Shown one piece after another: positions 37,066 through 46,405 of a DNA stretch of 64,000 bases. Every line of letters starts with the position of its first letter. Position 1 is the stretch's first letter. The stretch is from Candidatus Yanofskybacteria bacterium RIFCSPLOWO2_02_FULL_44_18. Lineage in GTDB: Bacteria > Patescibacteriota > Minisyncoccia > 2-02-FULL-40-12 > GWA2-44-9. A program made the translations under genes and the position numbers. Below the pieces are notes generated by a model. The model had not been told where the DNA came from. It saw only the letters and a program-made list of their open reading frames with translations, and did no database searches. The DNA lies in NCBI GenBank assembly GCA_001794755.1, contig MGKT01000008.1, forward strand, positions 11,491 to 75,490, written 5' to 3'.

Positions 37066-37988
37066 TTGAGTCTGGAACCCAAGAAATCGGAATGGCCGTT
37101 AAGGAAGTCCTTGGCGGTCATTTCTTTTTTTCCGGCAAGCTGGATTATCTCTAGAATCAAAATCGAGCCGTCGCATGCGACAGCGATATCGTTTTCAAAT
37201 CTTTTAACCGTTCCTTTTTCGTCCGACAGGTTGTGCTTCAAATGATTTGCCTTTTTGATATTTAAAATTTTGCCGTTCCAAGTCGTCCATGTGCCCGGTT
37301 CGGGATTTAAAGCCTGGATTTGATTGTAAATTTTGTCAGCCGGCATTTGCCAATTTACACGCCCGTCCTTTCGCGCCAGCATCTTTGTGACAGTTGCTTG
37401 GGAATGGTCTTGTTCCTGCGGTTTATACGCGCCGGAAATATATTTAGGCAATGCTTTAATCATCAGTTTCGCACCGAGCTTTGCAAGCTCATCGTGTATT
37501 TCTGGAAAATATGCGCCGCTTGGTATTTGATGCTTTTTAACCGCGATAATGGGACCGTGGTCCATTTCCGCGTCTACCAGCATGATTGTCACTCCCGTTT
37601 CAGTTTCACCATTCATTATCGCCGTCTGAATTGGCGATGGCCCGCGGTATTTAGGCAGAAGAGAAGGATGGATATTGACGAATCCATATTTCGGAATTTC
37701 AAGATATTTCTTCGGAATTATTTTTCCGTACGCGGCGACGACGCATAAGTCCGGGGAAAGCGCTTTGAATTTATCAAAAAAAAATTCGTCTTTCAGTGTT
37801 TCGGGTTTCAATATTTCAATGCCCCTGGCGGATGCAAAAACGGCGAGCGGGGTGGGGGACAGTATTCTGTCCCGCCCGATGGGCTTGTCCGGCTGGGTCA
37901 CGACAACCAAAATTTCATAATCATTTTGTACCAGCTCATTAAGAGCGGGAATTGCAAATTCAGACGAGCCGAAGAAAATGATTTTCAT
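37062..37988 (-). CDS. fmt: Methionyl-tRNA formyltransferase
   Basis: FFGSSEF, TQPDKP.GR, NIHPSLLPKYRGPSP, MDHG. Confidence 0.97.
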   Translation of the reverse strand: MKIIFFGSSEFAIPALNELVQNDYEILVVVTQPDKPIGRDRILSPTPLAVFASARGIEILKPETLKDEFFFDKFKALSPDLCVVAAYGKIIPKKYLEIPKYGFVNIHPSLLPKYRGPSPIQTAIMNGETETGVTIMLVDAEMDHGPIIAVKKHQIPSGAYFPEIHDELAKLGAKLMIKALPKYISGAYKPQEQDHSQATVTKMLARKDGRVNWQMPADKIYNQIQALNPEPGTWTTWNGKILNIKKANHLKHNLSDEKGTVKRFENDIAVACDGSILILEIIQLAGKKEMTAKDFLNGHSDFLGSRLN

Positions 37989-38434
37989 TTATCCTTGATT
38001 GTTAGTCCGTTCAAATGATCCGTTTCGTGTTGAAGCACACGCGCGAGAAATCCCCGCGCCTTAAATTTTATTTTATTTCCGTTTTCATCGATTGCCTTTA
38101 GTTTTATTTTTTTTGCGCGCAAAACAGGGATATAATAATCCGGGATCGATAGGCATCCTTCTTCAAGCTCATCCCGTTCAGTTGAATACTCCGTAATTTC
38201 GGAATTAAAATATGCATCAGGCACGTTGTGTTCATTAGCCAGTTTGGAATCAATGACAAAGAGACTTAAATCGATTCCGATTTGGTTGGCCGCAAGACCG
38301 ACGCCGTTATTGGCTTTCATGGCTTTCTTCATGTCCAAAATAAGCTCGGCATATTTACCGTCTTTAATATCCTGAACGGGAATATCCCTTGTTTTATTTC
38401 CCAATATTGCGTGCGGAAGTTTTGTTATTTCCAT
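37985..38434 (-). CDS. def: Peptide deformylase
   Basis: GVGLAANQIG, EGCLS, QHETDHLNG. Confidence 0.97.
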   Translation of the reverse strand: MEITKLPHAILGNKTRDIPVQDIKDGKYAELILDMKKAMKANNGVGLAANQIGIDLSLFVIDSKLANEHNVPDAYFNSEITEYSTERDELEEGCLSIPDYYIPVLRAKKIKLKAIDENGNKIKFKARGFLARVLQHETDHLNGLTIKDK

Positions 38435-38492
38435 AATCCAATAATATTAATGCAAACTGCGAGCCAGGACCCCGAAGGTTGTAATATAAAAA

Positions 38493-40388
38493 TCATATCA
38501 AATTGACAGGATTGACGCTAATTTTCCATTGATTCGGTACGTATTTCAGAAATTCACGTATATTCTCAAACTCCGGTTTCACCTTTATCAGGATATGATA
38601 GCGATACAGCCCTTTTTCTTTTGAAATATACGCCGGAGAAGATTCGCTTAGCCGCACAATGTCTTGGATTCTGGAATGAGCCAGTGCCATCTTAAGCTTT
38701 TCATTTAATATTCTGGCGTTGGTGGATGCTTTTTTCCAATCGCGATGAGAATATGAAAGAAGGATGAGTTTTGAATACGGCGGATACATAAATCGGGACC
38801 TAAGTATAAGAGATTCCAAATAGAATTTTTCGTAGTTTCCGTCCGGGAGCAAATCAAGCAGGGGATTATCTCTGTGATACGCTTGCAGTATTATTTTTTT
38901 AGGGTTAAAATCCGATATTTTTTCAAACACGTGTATGAATTTTTCTTCGCTCCTATAGTCCGGCATATTCATTAAGGAGTCCCCGTTAATAACGCCCGCG
39001 CAATCAAAATTAAGATATGGCAGAAAACTGAAAATTCCCTGGGTTGCGACGCACACGGCCGGTCCGGGCTTTAAGAGTGTTTCAATGACTTCTTTTTCTT
39101 CAGTTTCATTTTGGGTAACATCAGCATCGATGACAACCACGGGCGCATCTCTTATTTTCCCTTCTTCTTTTAACGCGTATATTTCCTCATATATTCTCTG
39201 GCTTCCGGCCGGTCCGGCCGGTTTAAGCTTAGCGCTGTTGCAGTTTGCGCAATGACCGGGTAAGCTCTTAACACTCATACAGTGGTGGCAGACAAGAGTT
39301 AAATTTATTGATTGATGGACTCGCATCGGCACGTCACAATTTGAGCACTTAACGCTTGCACCGCAGTTCCCGCAGACTAGAAGCCCCATATATCCTTTTC
39401 TGGGGGAAAATAATAGTATTTTTTCATTGGCATTTAGCGTGTCAATGATAGCCTTTCTCAAGGCATTCGATATGCTCCAGAAATTTCCCGACTGCAATTC
39501 TCGAACCATGTCAACGGCGACGACTTCTCTGTCGCGTTTTCTTTTGTCGTCAAGGCTTCGGGCCGCATGATAATTAATTACGCCTTCAAATACGTCGGCA
39601 TATATGAGTTTCGCTCTGTTTATTCCGGCGACATATGATGCCAATTCGGCCGCATGAAATTTAGGCGCCATATCCGAAGCGTACATTTCATTATGGCTGT
39701 CTACGACAATGATTAATTTGAGGTTTTTAAATTGAGCCAAAAGGGCGCTTCTGGTGCCTATTAATATTTGAGTTCTGCCGTCTGATACCGATTGCCAGGA
39801 ATTAAAATATTCCTGGTTAGTGAGGCCTGATTGAATGACCGCCGTAATGCCGACCCGGGATAACCGCTCGACATATGCCGGAATGTATTCCTTGTCAGGC
39901 AAAATTATCATGGCTTGACCATCGTCTACCGCGTCCCTAATCATGGGTTCAATTCTGGCGGGAACGTCTTTCGTATTCGCCAGAATTATATGAAACCCGT
40001 TTTCCGAATCCTTATTCACGGAATTGACCGGTTCCGACGGATATTTATTTTTCCCCCAAAAAGGAGGTAGAACATGTTTCAGGGACAGTCCTAACGGTGC
40101 GTAATATGTTTTTGCAATCCATAGGGCGATTTTAAATTGGTTTTCGCCGACGAGGGGAGAGGCTGACACTATGTTTGTGATTTTTTTAAGCTGATAAAGA
40201 GATTTCTTCAAGGCGGCCTTTTCTTTTTCAAGGGGATTGGACGAGATAACGACGCCTTTAATTTTACGGTTATTAACGGCAATTCCGACAACCGATCCCT
40301 TGGGCATTTCTCCGTCGGAAAAATAGCTAAGGATTTGCGGCCCGTTCTGGGGAAGATTAGTTAGCGGTATTACTTCCAAGATGTACAT
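38493..40388 (-). CDS. priA: Primosomal protein N' with degenerate helicase motifs
   Basis: 3'-binding N-terminus, IGTRSALL, four CxxC pairs, YPPY; no GxGKT or DEEH. Confidence 0.85.
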   Translation of the reverse strand: MYILEVIPLTNLPQNGPQILSYFSDGEMPKGSVVGIAVNNRKIKGVVISSNPLEKEKAALKKSLYQLKKITNIVSASPLVGENQFKIALWIAKTYYAPLGLSLKHVLPPFWGKNKYPSEPVNSVNKDSENGFHIILANTKDVPARIEPMIRDAVDDGQAMIILPDKEYIPAYVERLSRVGITAVIQSGLTNQEYFNSWQSVSDGRTQILIGTRSALLAQFKNLKLIIVVDSHNEMYASDMAPKFHAAELASYVAGINRAKLIYADVFEGVINYHAARSLDDKRKRDREVVAVDMVRELQSGNFWSISNALRKAIIDTLNANEKILLFSPRKGYMGLLVCGNCGASVKCSNCDVPMRVHQSINLTLVCHHCMSVKSLPGHCANCNSAKLKPAGPAGSQRIYEEIYALKEEGKIRDAPVVVIDADVTQNETEEKEVIETLLKPGPAVCVATQGIFSFLPYLNFDCAGVINGDSLMNMPDYRSEEKFIHVFEKISDFNPKKIILQAYHRDNPLLDLLPDGNYEKFYLESLILRSRFMYPPYSKLILLSYSHRDWKKASTNARILNEKLKMALAHSRIQDIVRLSESSPAYISKEKGLYRYHILIKVKPEFENIREFLKYVPNQWKISVNPVNLI

Positions 40389-40416
40389 CTTTGGGTTATA
40401 ATAGCGAATATATTGA

Positions 40417-41775
40417 ATGAATAAAAGCTCCCAAATTAAAGTCCGCGTGGCGCCTTCTCCGACGGGTTTGCTTCACGTCGGAACGGCTCAAAGCGCCGTT
40501 TTTAATTATCTCTTTGCCCGAAAGAATGGGGGAGAGTTTCATGTCAGGATTGAAGACACTGATGAGGAAAGATCAACGAAAGAATTTGAAAAGGATATTT
40601 TGGCTGGTTTTGAGTGGCTCGGGATTAGGCCTGACGGCCAAATAAGGCGCTCTAGTGACAATAAGCAAAATTATAGGAAATTTTTAGAACAGCTTTTAGA
40701 AAGCGGCCATGCTTTCTGGTGCGGCCATTCCAAAGAAGAGCTTGAAGATGAGAATAAAAGACAAATCGAAAATAAAGAGGCGCCTCGGCATGTCTGCGGT
40801 CATCGAGATGAGGAGCGAAAGGAGGGGCAAGTCATTCGCCTGAAAACAGATTCTTCTAGCACTCGAGAAATTGTTTTTAACGACCTTATTCGCGGCGAGG
40901 TTAGGTTCAGAGAATCACTTTTGGGCGACATTTCCATCGCGCGCAATCTCGATAGCCCGTTGTATCATTTTGCCGTTGTGATTGATGATATTGAGCTTGG
41001 CGCAACTCACATACTAAGGGGCGAGGATCATATATCAAATACGCCCAAGCACATTCTGATATACGAGGCGCTGGGTCGGCCGGCTCCGACATATGCCCAT
41101 CTTCCTCTTTTACTTGCGCCGGACAGATCAAAGCTCTCAAAGAGACATGGCATCGTTTCACTGAATGAATATAAAAAGGATTATCTTTCCGACGCCGTGC
41201 TCAATTATCTTGCGGCAATAAGCCATTCATACGATAAAGATGTCCTTTCCAGCGAAGAATTAATTGAGGGGTTTGACATCTCTAAAGTTCATAAATCAGG
41301 CGCGGTTTTTGATATCAAAAAGCTGAACTGGCTTAATTCGCAATATGTTAAAATGCTCACACCCGATGAGTTAAGAGCGGCAACTAAAATTTCTGAAATT
41401 CCTGATGCCGCCGTGGCGTTAATTACGGAACGGCTTGAAAAATTATCGGAGGCGGGGGAGTATGATTACCTATGGAGGGAACCGGAATACGATAAATCAT
41501 TATTGATATGGAAGGACAGTTCAGTTGATGCAGTTTTAAAATCGCTAAAAGAGACCAAGGAATTAATTGAAAGTTTTAATTATGAAGATGGAAAAGAAAG
41601 ATTCAGAAAGGTGCTTGATAGTTTAAGCGAGAAGACGGGGGATAGGGGGTTGGTATATTGGCCGTTGCGCGTTGCCCTATCGGGCAAACAAAAATCCCCC
41701 GACCCGGTAGATATTGCATTTGTTATCGGAAAAGAGAAAACGCTTGAGAGAATAGATTCCGCATTGAGAAAATAA
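40417..41775 (+). CDS. gltX: Glutamate--tRNA ligase
   Basis: RVAPSPTGLLHVG, RIEDTD, RGEDHISNT, KLSKR. Confidence 0.97.
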   Translation: MNKSSQIKVRVAPSPTGLLHVGTAQSAVFNYLFARKNGGEFHVRIEDTDEERSTKEFEKDILAGFEWLGIRPDGQIRRSSDNKQNYRKFLEQLLESGHAFWCGHSKEELEDENKRQIENKEAPRHVCGHRDEERKEGQVIRLKTDSSSTREIVFNDLIRGEVRFRESLLGDISIARNLDSPLYHFAVVIDDIELGATHILRGEDHISNTPKHILIYEALGRPAPTYAHLPLLLAPDRSKLSKRHGIVSLNEYKKDYLSDAVLNYLAAISHSYDKDVLSSEELIEGFDISKVHKSGAVFDIKKLNWLNSQYVKMLTPDELRAATKISEIPDAAVALITERLEKLSEAGEYDYLWREPEYDKSLLIWKDSSVDAVLKSLKETKELIESFNYEDGKERFRKVLDSLSEKTGDRGLVYWPLRVALSGKQKSPDPVDIAFVIGKEKTLERIDSALRK

Positions 41776-41984
41776 AAAAGGCGGCCGATGTTCTGGCCGC
41801 CGAGTGGGTACTTCGTCTCGTAAAAGCCGACCATGGCGCCAACGAGTACGAGAGCGACTCCCACCACCATCATTGCGAACGCCATGTCCCCCCATTGCTG
41901 TCGCCAAGTCCCAACGAGGAGACCAACGAACGCAATGATAACACCAACAATCATCACCCACGCGAACATCGGCAGTACAGGCAT
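41580..41984 (-). CDS. Small two-TM membrane protein whose frame reads through its terminator (possible lost stop codon)
   Basis: TTGACA-N17-TATAAT (42004-42032) and GAGGTG SD on minus; two TM helices in the first ~55 aa; terminator at 41774-41801. Confidence 0.5.
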   Translation of the reverse strand: MPVLPMFAWVMIVGVIIAFVGLLVGTWRQQWGDMAFAMMVVGVALVLVGAMVGFYETKYPLGGQNIGRLFYFLNAESILSSVFSFPITNAISTGSGDFCLPDRATRNGQYTNPLSPVFSLKLSSTFLNLSFPSS

Positions 41985-42025
41985 TCTAGCACCTCATTCT
42001 TCAATTATATCACAATACACCAATA

Positions 42026-43297
42026 ATGTCAAATAAGCTATTTAAATCAATAATTGCAATAATCATCACGTTTTCCCTTGTCTTCCCGGGGGGTGATTTT
42101 ATTTCTGCCGCCACAGACCAGGAGCGTATTGCCGAACTTCAGCGCCAAATCCGTGAACTTGAAGAGCAAGCCGAACAATACCGCGATGCTATCGGCGAAC
42201 AGCAGGAACAAGCTAAAACTCTTCAGGGAAAGATTTCGAGCTTGAAGAACCAAATAAATCAAATACAGGTCCAGATACAGCTGACCGGTAAGAATATTGA
42301 TAAGACTAGAATACAAATCGGAGATTTGGGGGAGGATATATTCGAGACCGAAAAAAGGATTGATTCCCAAAAAAGAACAATATCGGAGATAATAATATAC
42401 TTGAATGAGCAGGACGACGAGAATATCGTCGAAACTCTCATAAAGAACAAAAATTTGTCCGATTTTCTTAGGCAGGAGCAATATGCCCGCACCGTCAATT
42501 CCAACCTCCTTTCGTTGGTTAATGATCTTAAGGATGCCAGGGATAAATTGCAGACCGACAAATCTTCGCTTGAGGGGAAGAAAATAAACCTGGAGCAGCT
42601 GAAGGAACAGCAAACGGTGCAAAAAGCATCCTTAGACGAAGTTAAAAGCGACACGGATCAGCTTCTGAAGAGAACGAAAAGCCAGGAAGCGGCTTACCAG
42701 AAACTTTTGGCGGAAACTGAAGCCAAACGAGCTCTTTTCTTTTCTGAACTTCTGGAATTGGAAACGCAGATTATCCAGGGCGGCCTTTACATCGTGCGCG
42801 TGAAGGCCGATTCCTTGCCCAGAAAGGGTACAAAACTTTTTCAGTGGCCCTCCGCATCCCGCCGGGTTACCCAAGGATATGGTTGCACAAGATATGCCAG
42901 ATGCGGCAATAAAAGGGGAGCGTACGGTGGAGCGCCCCATAACGGAGTAGATATCGCATCGGGCATGAGCACGCCGATTAAGTCTGTGGCTGACGGGATT
43001 ATTGTCGCCAACGGAAAAAACGACGGATGGGGGAATTGGGTCGCGATTCAGCATCCCGGGGCACATAACCTGGTAAGCGTCTACGGCCATATGAGCGCCT
43101 TGTCGTTTTTAAGGGTCGGTACAAACGTTTCAGCGGGCCAAGTAATCGGATACGAGGGGAGTACCGGAAATTCCAGCGGCTCCCATCTGCACCTTTCTAT
43201 ATATAAAGAATTCTTTACATTCGTTAACGAGGCCAGGAAGGGTCAGCTGTACTTCAACTATTTTGACGGAACAATCAATCCTATGGATTATTTGTAA
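42026..43297 (+). CDS. Coiled-coil M23 peptidoglycan endopeptidase
   Basis: Signal peptide, long coiled coil, HNGVD, YGHM, HLH. Confidence 0.9.
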   Translation: MSNKLFKSIIAIIITFSLVFPGGDFISAATDQERIAELQRQIRELEEQAEQYRDAIGEQQEQAKTLQGKISSLKNQINQIQVQIQLTGKNIDKTRIQIGDLGEDIFETEKRIDSQKRTISEIIIYLNEQDDENIVETLIKNKNLSDFLRQEQYARTVNSNLLSLVNDLKDARDKLQTDKSSLEGKKINLEQLKEQQTVQKASLDEVKSDTDQLLKRTKSQEAAYQKLLAETEAKRALFFSELLELETQIIQGGLYIVRVKADSLPRKGTKLFQWPSASRRVTQGYGCTRYARCGNKRGAYGGAPHNGVDIASGMSTPIKSVADGIIVANGKNDGWGNWVAIQHPGAHNLVSVYGHMSALSFLRVGTNVSAGQVIGYEGSTGNSSGSHLHLSIYKEFFTFVNEARKGQLYFNYFDGTINPMDYL

Positions 43298-43299
43298 TT

Positions 43300-43690
43300 T
43301 AAAAATTCCCCGACTGCCCTACTCGCATGGCGGGGGAGACCCTAATCGTTAGCAATATTTTTTTTAGCAATATTTTTTTTCGCAATAGTTATAAGTCTAC
43401 CCTTATCAGCCTCCTCGATGATAGGCTAGGCTAGGCGACAGTATTTTTGGGATAAATAAATTATTTATAATTATTTAATTAAATTTAAAAATATACTCCA
43501 ACGTCGCAAAAGAGATATTTCGCGACTCAACATATTGCGATTTCCCCTGTTTTTCCCCTCGGGAGGAGGTATAAAACCTCCTCCCAGATATCAAGCATAA
43601 AAGCTGCTTGGGGGATCACATCCCCTCCCGAGGAGAAAACCTATGACCAATAAATCGTTTCATTGATTCTCACGATGCCCATATAATATA
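43300..43690. other. Highly structured non-coding region (ncRNA candidate, probably minus strand) with AT-rich core and 15-bp tandem repeat
   Basis: Multibranch TTTTCCCCTCGGGA/TCCCGAGGAGAAAA enclosing three hairpins; TAGCAATATTTTTTT x2; A/T-only stretch ~43452-43496. Confidence 0.5.
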
Positions 43691-43773
43691 TCCAAAAAAT
43701 TAATTTTTGATGAACGACATCCCTATCATTTTAGTTTCTTGAACGTTTGCTTCGTGTATAGTATAAATAATGA

Positions 43774-44472
43774 ATGCCCAAATTAGTATTCGACATTGAG
43801 ACTGTAGGAGTGGAATTTGATTCTTTGGACGAAATATCCAAGAATCATCTTTTGGAATTCGCTGAAAATGAGGAGGAAAGAAAAAATATCCGGAATGAAC
43901 TTGGGTTCTCTCCTCTCACCGGCCGCGTTATCGCCGTGGGTATATTGAATCCGGATACGGAAAAAGGGGCGGTATATTTTCAATCGCATGATAATACCCC
44001 TGCCGGCGGAGAAATAAAGTTGGACAAGAAGACGGCATCGGACGAAGAAGTTCAATATGTCCCCTGCTCCGATGAAAAAGAAATACTGAAAAATTTTTGG
44101 GATGCGGCTCAACATTATCGCCAATTTGTTTCGTTCAACGGCCATTCTTTTGATTGTCCCTATCTCATGATTCGTTCGGCCGTCAACGAAATTAAGCCAA
44201 GCGTCAGTTTGATGCACAATCGCTATGCCCCGGGCCCGCATATTGACATACTTGATAGATTGACCAATTTTGGCGCCGTCAGGGGCAAAAGAAATTTGCA
44301 TCTATGGTGCCAGGCTTTTGGCATTGAGAGCCCGAAAGACAAGGGAATATCAGGAGAGGAGGTTGCCCGATATTTCAATGAAGGCAAAATACTGGACATT
44401 GCCAAATATTGCTATGGTGACATCAAATCAACGGCAAAATTATTTGAATATTGGGAAAAATTCATTAAATGA
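43774..44472 (+). CDS. DnaQ-like/PolB-type 3'-5' exonuclease
   Basis: VFDIET (ExoI), FNGHSFDCPY (ExoII), YCYGD (ExoIII). Confidence 0.88.
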   Translation: MPKLVFDIETVGVEFDSLDEISKNHLLEFAENEEERKNIRNELGFSPLTGRVIAVGILNPDTEKGAVYFQSHDNTPAGGEIKLDKKTASDEEVQYVPCSDEKEILKNFWDAAQHYRQFVSFNGHSFDCPYLMIRSAVNEIKPSVSLMHNRYAPGPHIDILDRLTNFGAVRGKRNLHLWCQAFGIESPKDKGISGEEVARYFNEGKILDIAKYCYGDIKSTAKLFEYWEKFIK

Positions 44473-45206
44473 CTTGGTACAAAAGCGCGTCTGAATTTAA
44501 AGAGCAGAATGGATACACGATAGATGATGTTTGGTATCCGAGGGTAACCGCAATCGTCTCGATTAAGGCCAAACCGGCACTGTATGCTTTTTACGCGTCG
44601 ATGCCCAATTTTAAGGCCGCCGAAGCCATGAAGAATAAATCGGCCGATGAAGGCACATTGATTCATGATACGATTGAAGCGATATTAAAGAATGAGAAGG
44701 TTGAGATTCCTGAAAATATCAAACCGGCGATTTCGGCGTTTCTGGATTTCAGGAGCCGCAACGATATCGACGTCCATAAAGTCGAGGAGAGAATATTAAG
44801 CAAGAAGCACGGATATTCCGGCACGATGGACGTGCTGGCCGAAGTTAATGGCCATTTGGGAGTTTTGGACATAAAAACATCGATGGCCATATATCGCGAT
44901 TACAATATGCAGACATCGGCCTATGTCGAAGCTCTGGTTGAAAACGCGGACATTCCTCCCCTATCCCGCTGGATATTGAGAATTGATCAGAACAAAAAAT
45001 GCGTGAGATGCGGAGCGTCATTAAGAAGCAAAGGCGGAAGGGATAAAATACGGGGCGACAAATACCCCTGTGAACATGAATGGTCGGAAATGAGAGGAGA
45101 ATATGAATTCAAGGAATTGCCGAATTTCGATCACGACATCAAGGCGTTTCTGGCTTGTAAAACTCTTTGGGAATGGGAGCATGACTATTGGCTGAGGCAT
45201 GTATGA
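44469..45206 (+). CDS. PD-(D/E)XK nuclease (phage exonuclease/RecB-like)
   Basis: YPRVTAIV, GTLIH, YSGTMD, LDIKTS, QTSAY; CVRC insert. Confidence 0.82.
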   Translation: MTWYKSASEFKEQNGYTIDDVWYPRVTAIVSIKAKPALYAFYASMPNFKAAEAMKNKSADEGTLIHDTIEAILKNEKVEIPENIKPAISAFLDFRSRNDIDVHKVEERILSKKHGYSGTMDVLAEVNGHLGVLDIKTSMAIYRDYNMQTSAYVEALVENADIPPLSRWILRIDQNKKCVRCGASLRSKGGRDKIRGDKYPCEHEWSEMRGEYEFKELPNFDHDIKAFLACKTLWEWEHDYWLRHV

Positions 45207-45219
45207 TTAAATCCGGCGG

Positions 45220-45609
45220 TTATTTTCGGCAGTTTCCGGATAATTTGTAACCGGCTCCAATCGCCTCTTCCTCCGAACTAAACCATAGTTTATTTTCCTC
45301 TTTTATGCTTTTGGCCCCCGAACACCATGTAAAATGATATAATCTGGAGCTTGATTTTTTCGAGGCCACTACCCTCTTGTCGATTGGTGTCGGAGTGACC
45401 CTGTCTTCTATCTGGTAGGAATTAATTTGGGCCGCTTCTCTATCTTTTGTCGATGATATCCGGCCGATATTGTATCCGATGATTATAATCAAAATAATGC
45501 AAACTCCCAAAAAAACAGACTGTTCATATTTCTTGACCAATTTCACTATTTTTGCTAATATGTCATTCACTGGTATCGTAATCTGAATATTATTACATGG
45601 CGCATACAA
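45220..45609 (-). CDS. Membrane-anchored protein with Ada-like metal-binding C-terminal domain (start uncertain)
   Basis: TM, then VASKKSSSRLYHFTWC...F.SEEEAIGAGY...C. Confidence 0.7.
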   Translation of the reverse strand: MYAPCNNIQITIPVNDILAKIVKLVKKYEQSVFLGVCIILIIIIGYNIGRISSTKDREAAQINSYQIEDRVTPTPIDKRVVASKKSSSRLYHFTWCSGAKSIKEENKLWFSSEEEAIGAGYKLSGNCRK

Positions 45610-45869
45610 AAGCTATAGGATCTACGCAACTTGGAAGAGATTCACAGCCCAAATACCGTGGGGTGAAACTTTACGACGGAGAAGTCGCCAAACCCGGCAG
45701 TATAATCGTCCGCCAGATGGGAAATAAGATTCTGGCCGGCAAAGGCGTCCGCACCGGTTCCGATTACACGCTCTACGCCGTTAATTCCGGAAAGGTGAAA
45801 TTTCAGACAATCCGTAAAAAGAATTTTGACGGATCTCGAAGACTGGCGAAGGTAGTGAACGTAATATAA
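45597..45869 (+). CDS. rpmA: 50S ribosomal protein L27
   Basis: MAHTKAIGST..GRDSQPKYRGVK, IIVRQ.G. Confidence 0.96.
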   Translation: MAHTKAIGSTQLGRDSQPKYRGVKLYDGEVAKPGSIIVRQMGNKILAGKGVRTGSDYTLYAVNSGKVKFQTIRKKNFDGSRRLAKVVNVI

Positions 45870-45900
45870 TAAATCCGCCGAGAGGCGGATTTATTATATT
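45863..45900. terminator. Bidirectional terminator
   Basis: AATATAATAAATCCGCC-GAGA-GGCGGATTTATTATATT. Confidence 0.8.
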
Positions 45901-45919
45901 TTCACTTTCCGGCAGACTT

Positions 45920-46384
45920 TTATTCCTCCAATGCTTTTGCTAAAGGTTTGACTGATAATTTCATGCTCGACTTAACTTCCGGCAGAATTTCTATTTCAAT
46001 AACATAATCCCCCGTTTTTTTGATGTGATTCGTGAGCTGAATCATATTCTCGGAAATTTCAATTTGAAACGCGGATTTGATGGCCTCGGCGATGTCTTTT
46101 TTCTCGATGCCGTCATATAATGTTCCCGTCTTACTCGCCCTACGGACGATTTCTATGCTTTTATCTTCTAATTGCGCGGCCACAGACTCGGCGTTCTTGC
46201 GTTCAATTTCTTGCATGCCGGCCAGTTTTTGCTTTAGCACCGATGCTTGCCGAAGACCGTCGGCAGTCGCTAATCGGGCCAATTTATTGGGTAACAGAAA
46301 ATTCCGGCCATAGCCATCAGCCACATTTTTAATGTCCCCCATCTGGCCGATATTTTTTATATTCTCAAGCAGTATGACTTTCAT
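45920..46384 (-). CDS. rplI: 50S ribosomal protein L9
   Basis: MKVILLENIKNIGQMGDIKNVADGYGRNFLLP. Confidence 0.96.
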   Translation of the reverse strand: MKVILLENIKNIGQMGDIKNVADGYGRNFLLPNKLARLATADGLRQASVLKQKLAGMQEIERKNAESVAAQLEDKSIEIVRRASKTGTLYDGIEKKDIAEAIKSAFQIEISENMIQLTNHIKKTGDYVIEIEILPEVKSSMKLSVKPLAKALEE

Positions 46385-46405
46385 GGAGAATAAATAATAT
46401 ATGAT

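Noticed and set aside
43340-43400. tmRNA-like tag frame (IAKKNIAKKNIAND*) or CRISPR-like repeats
   Set aside because: No tRNA-like ends, the tag lacks a hydrophobic Ala-ending tail, and the 15-bp repeats are directly tandem with no spacers
43300-43690. RNase P RNA or group I/II intron
   Set aside because: No GAGGAAAGTCC P4 motif or group II domain V seen on either strand
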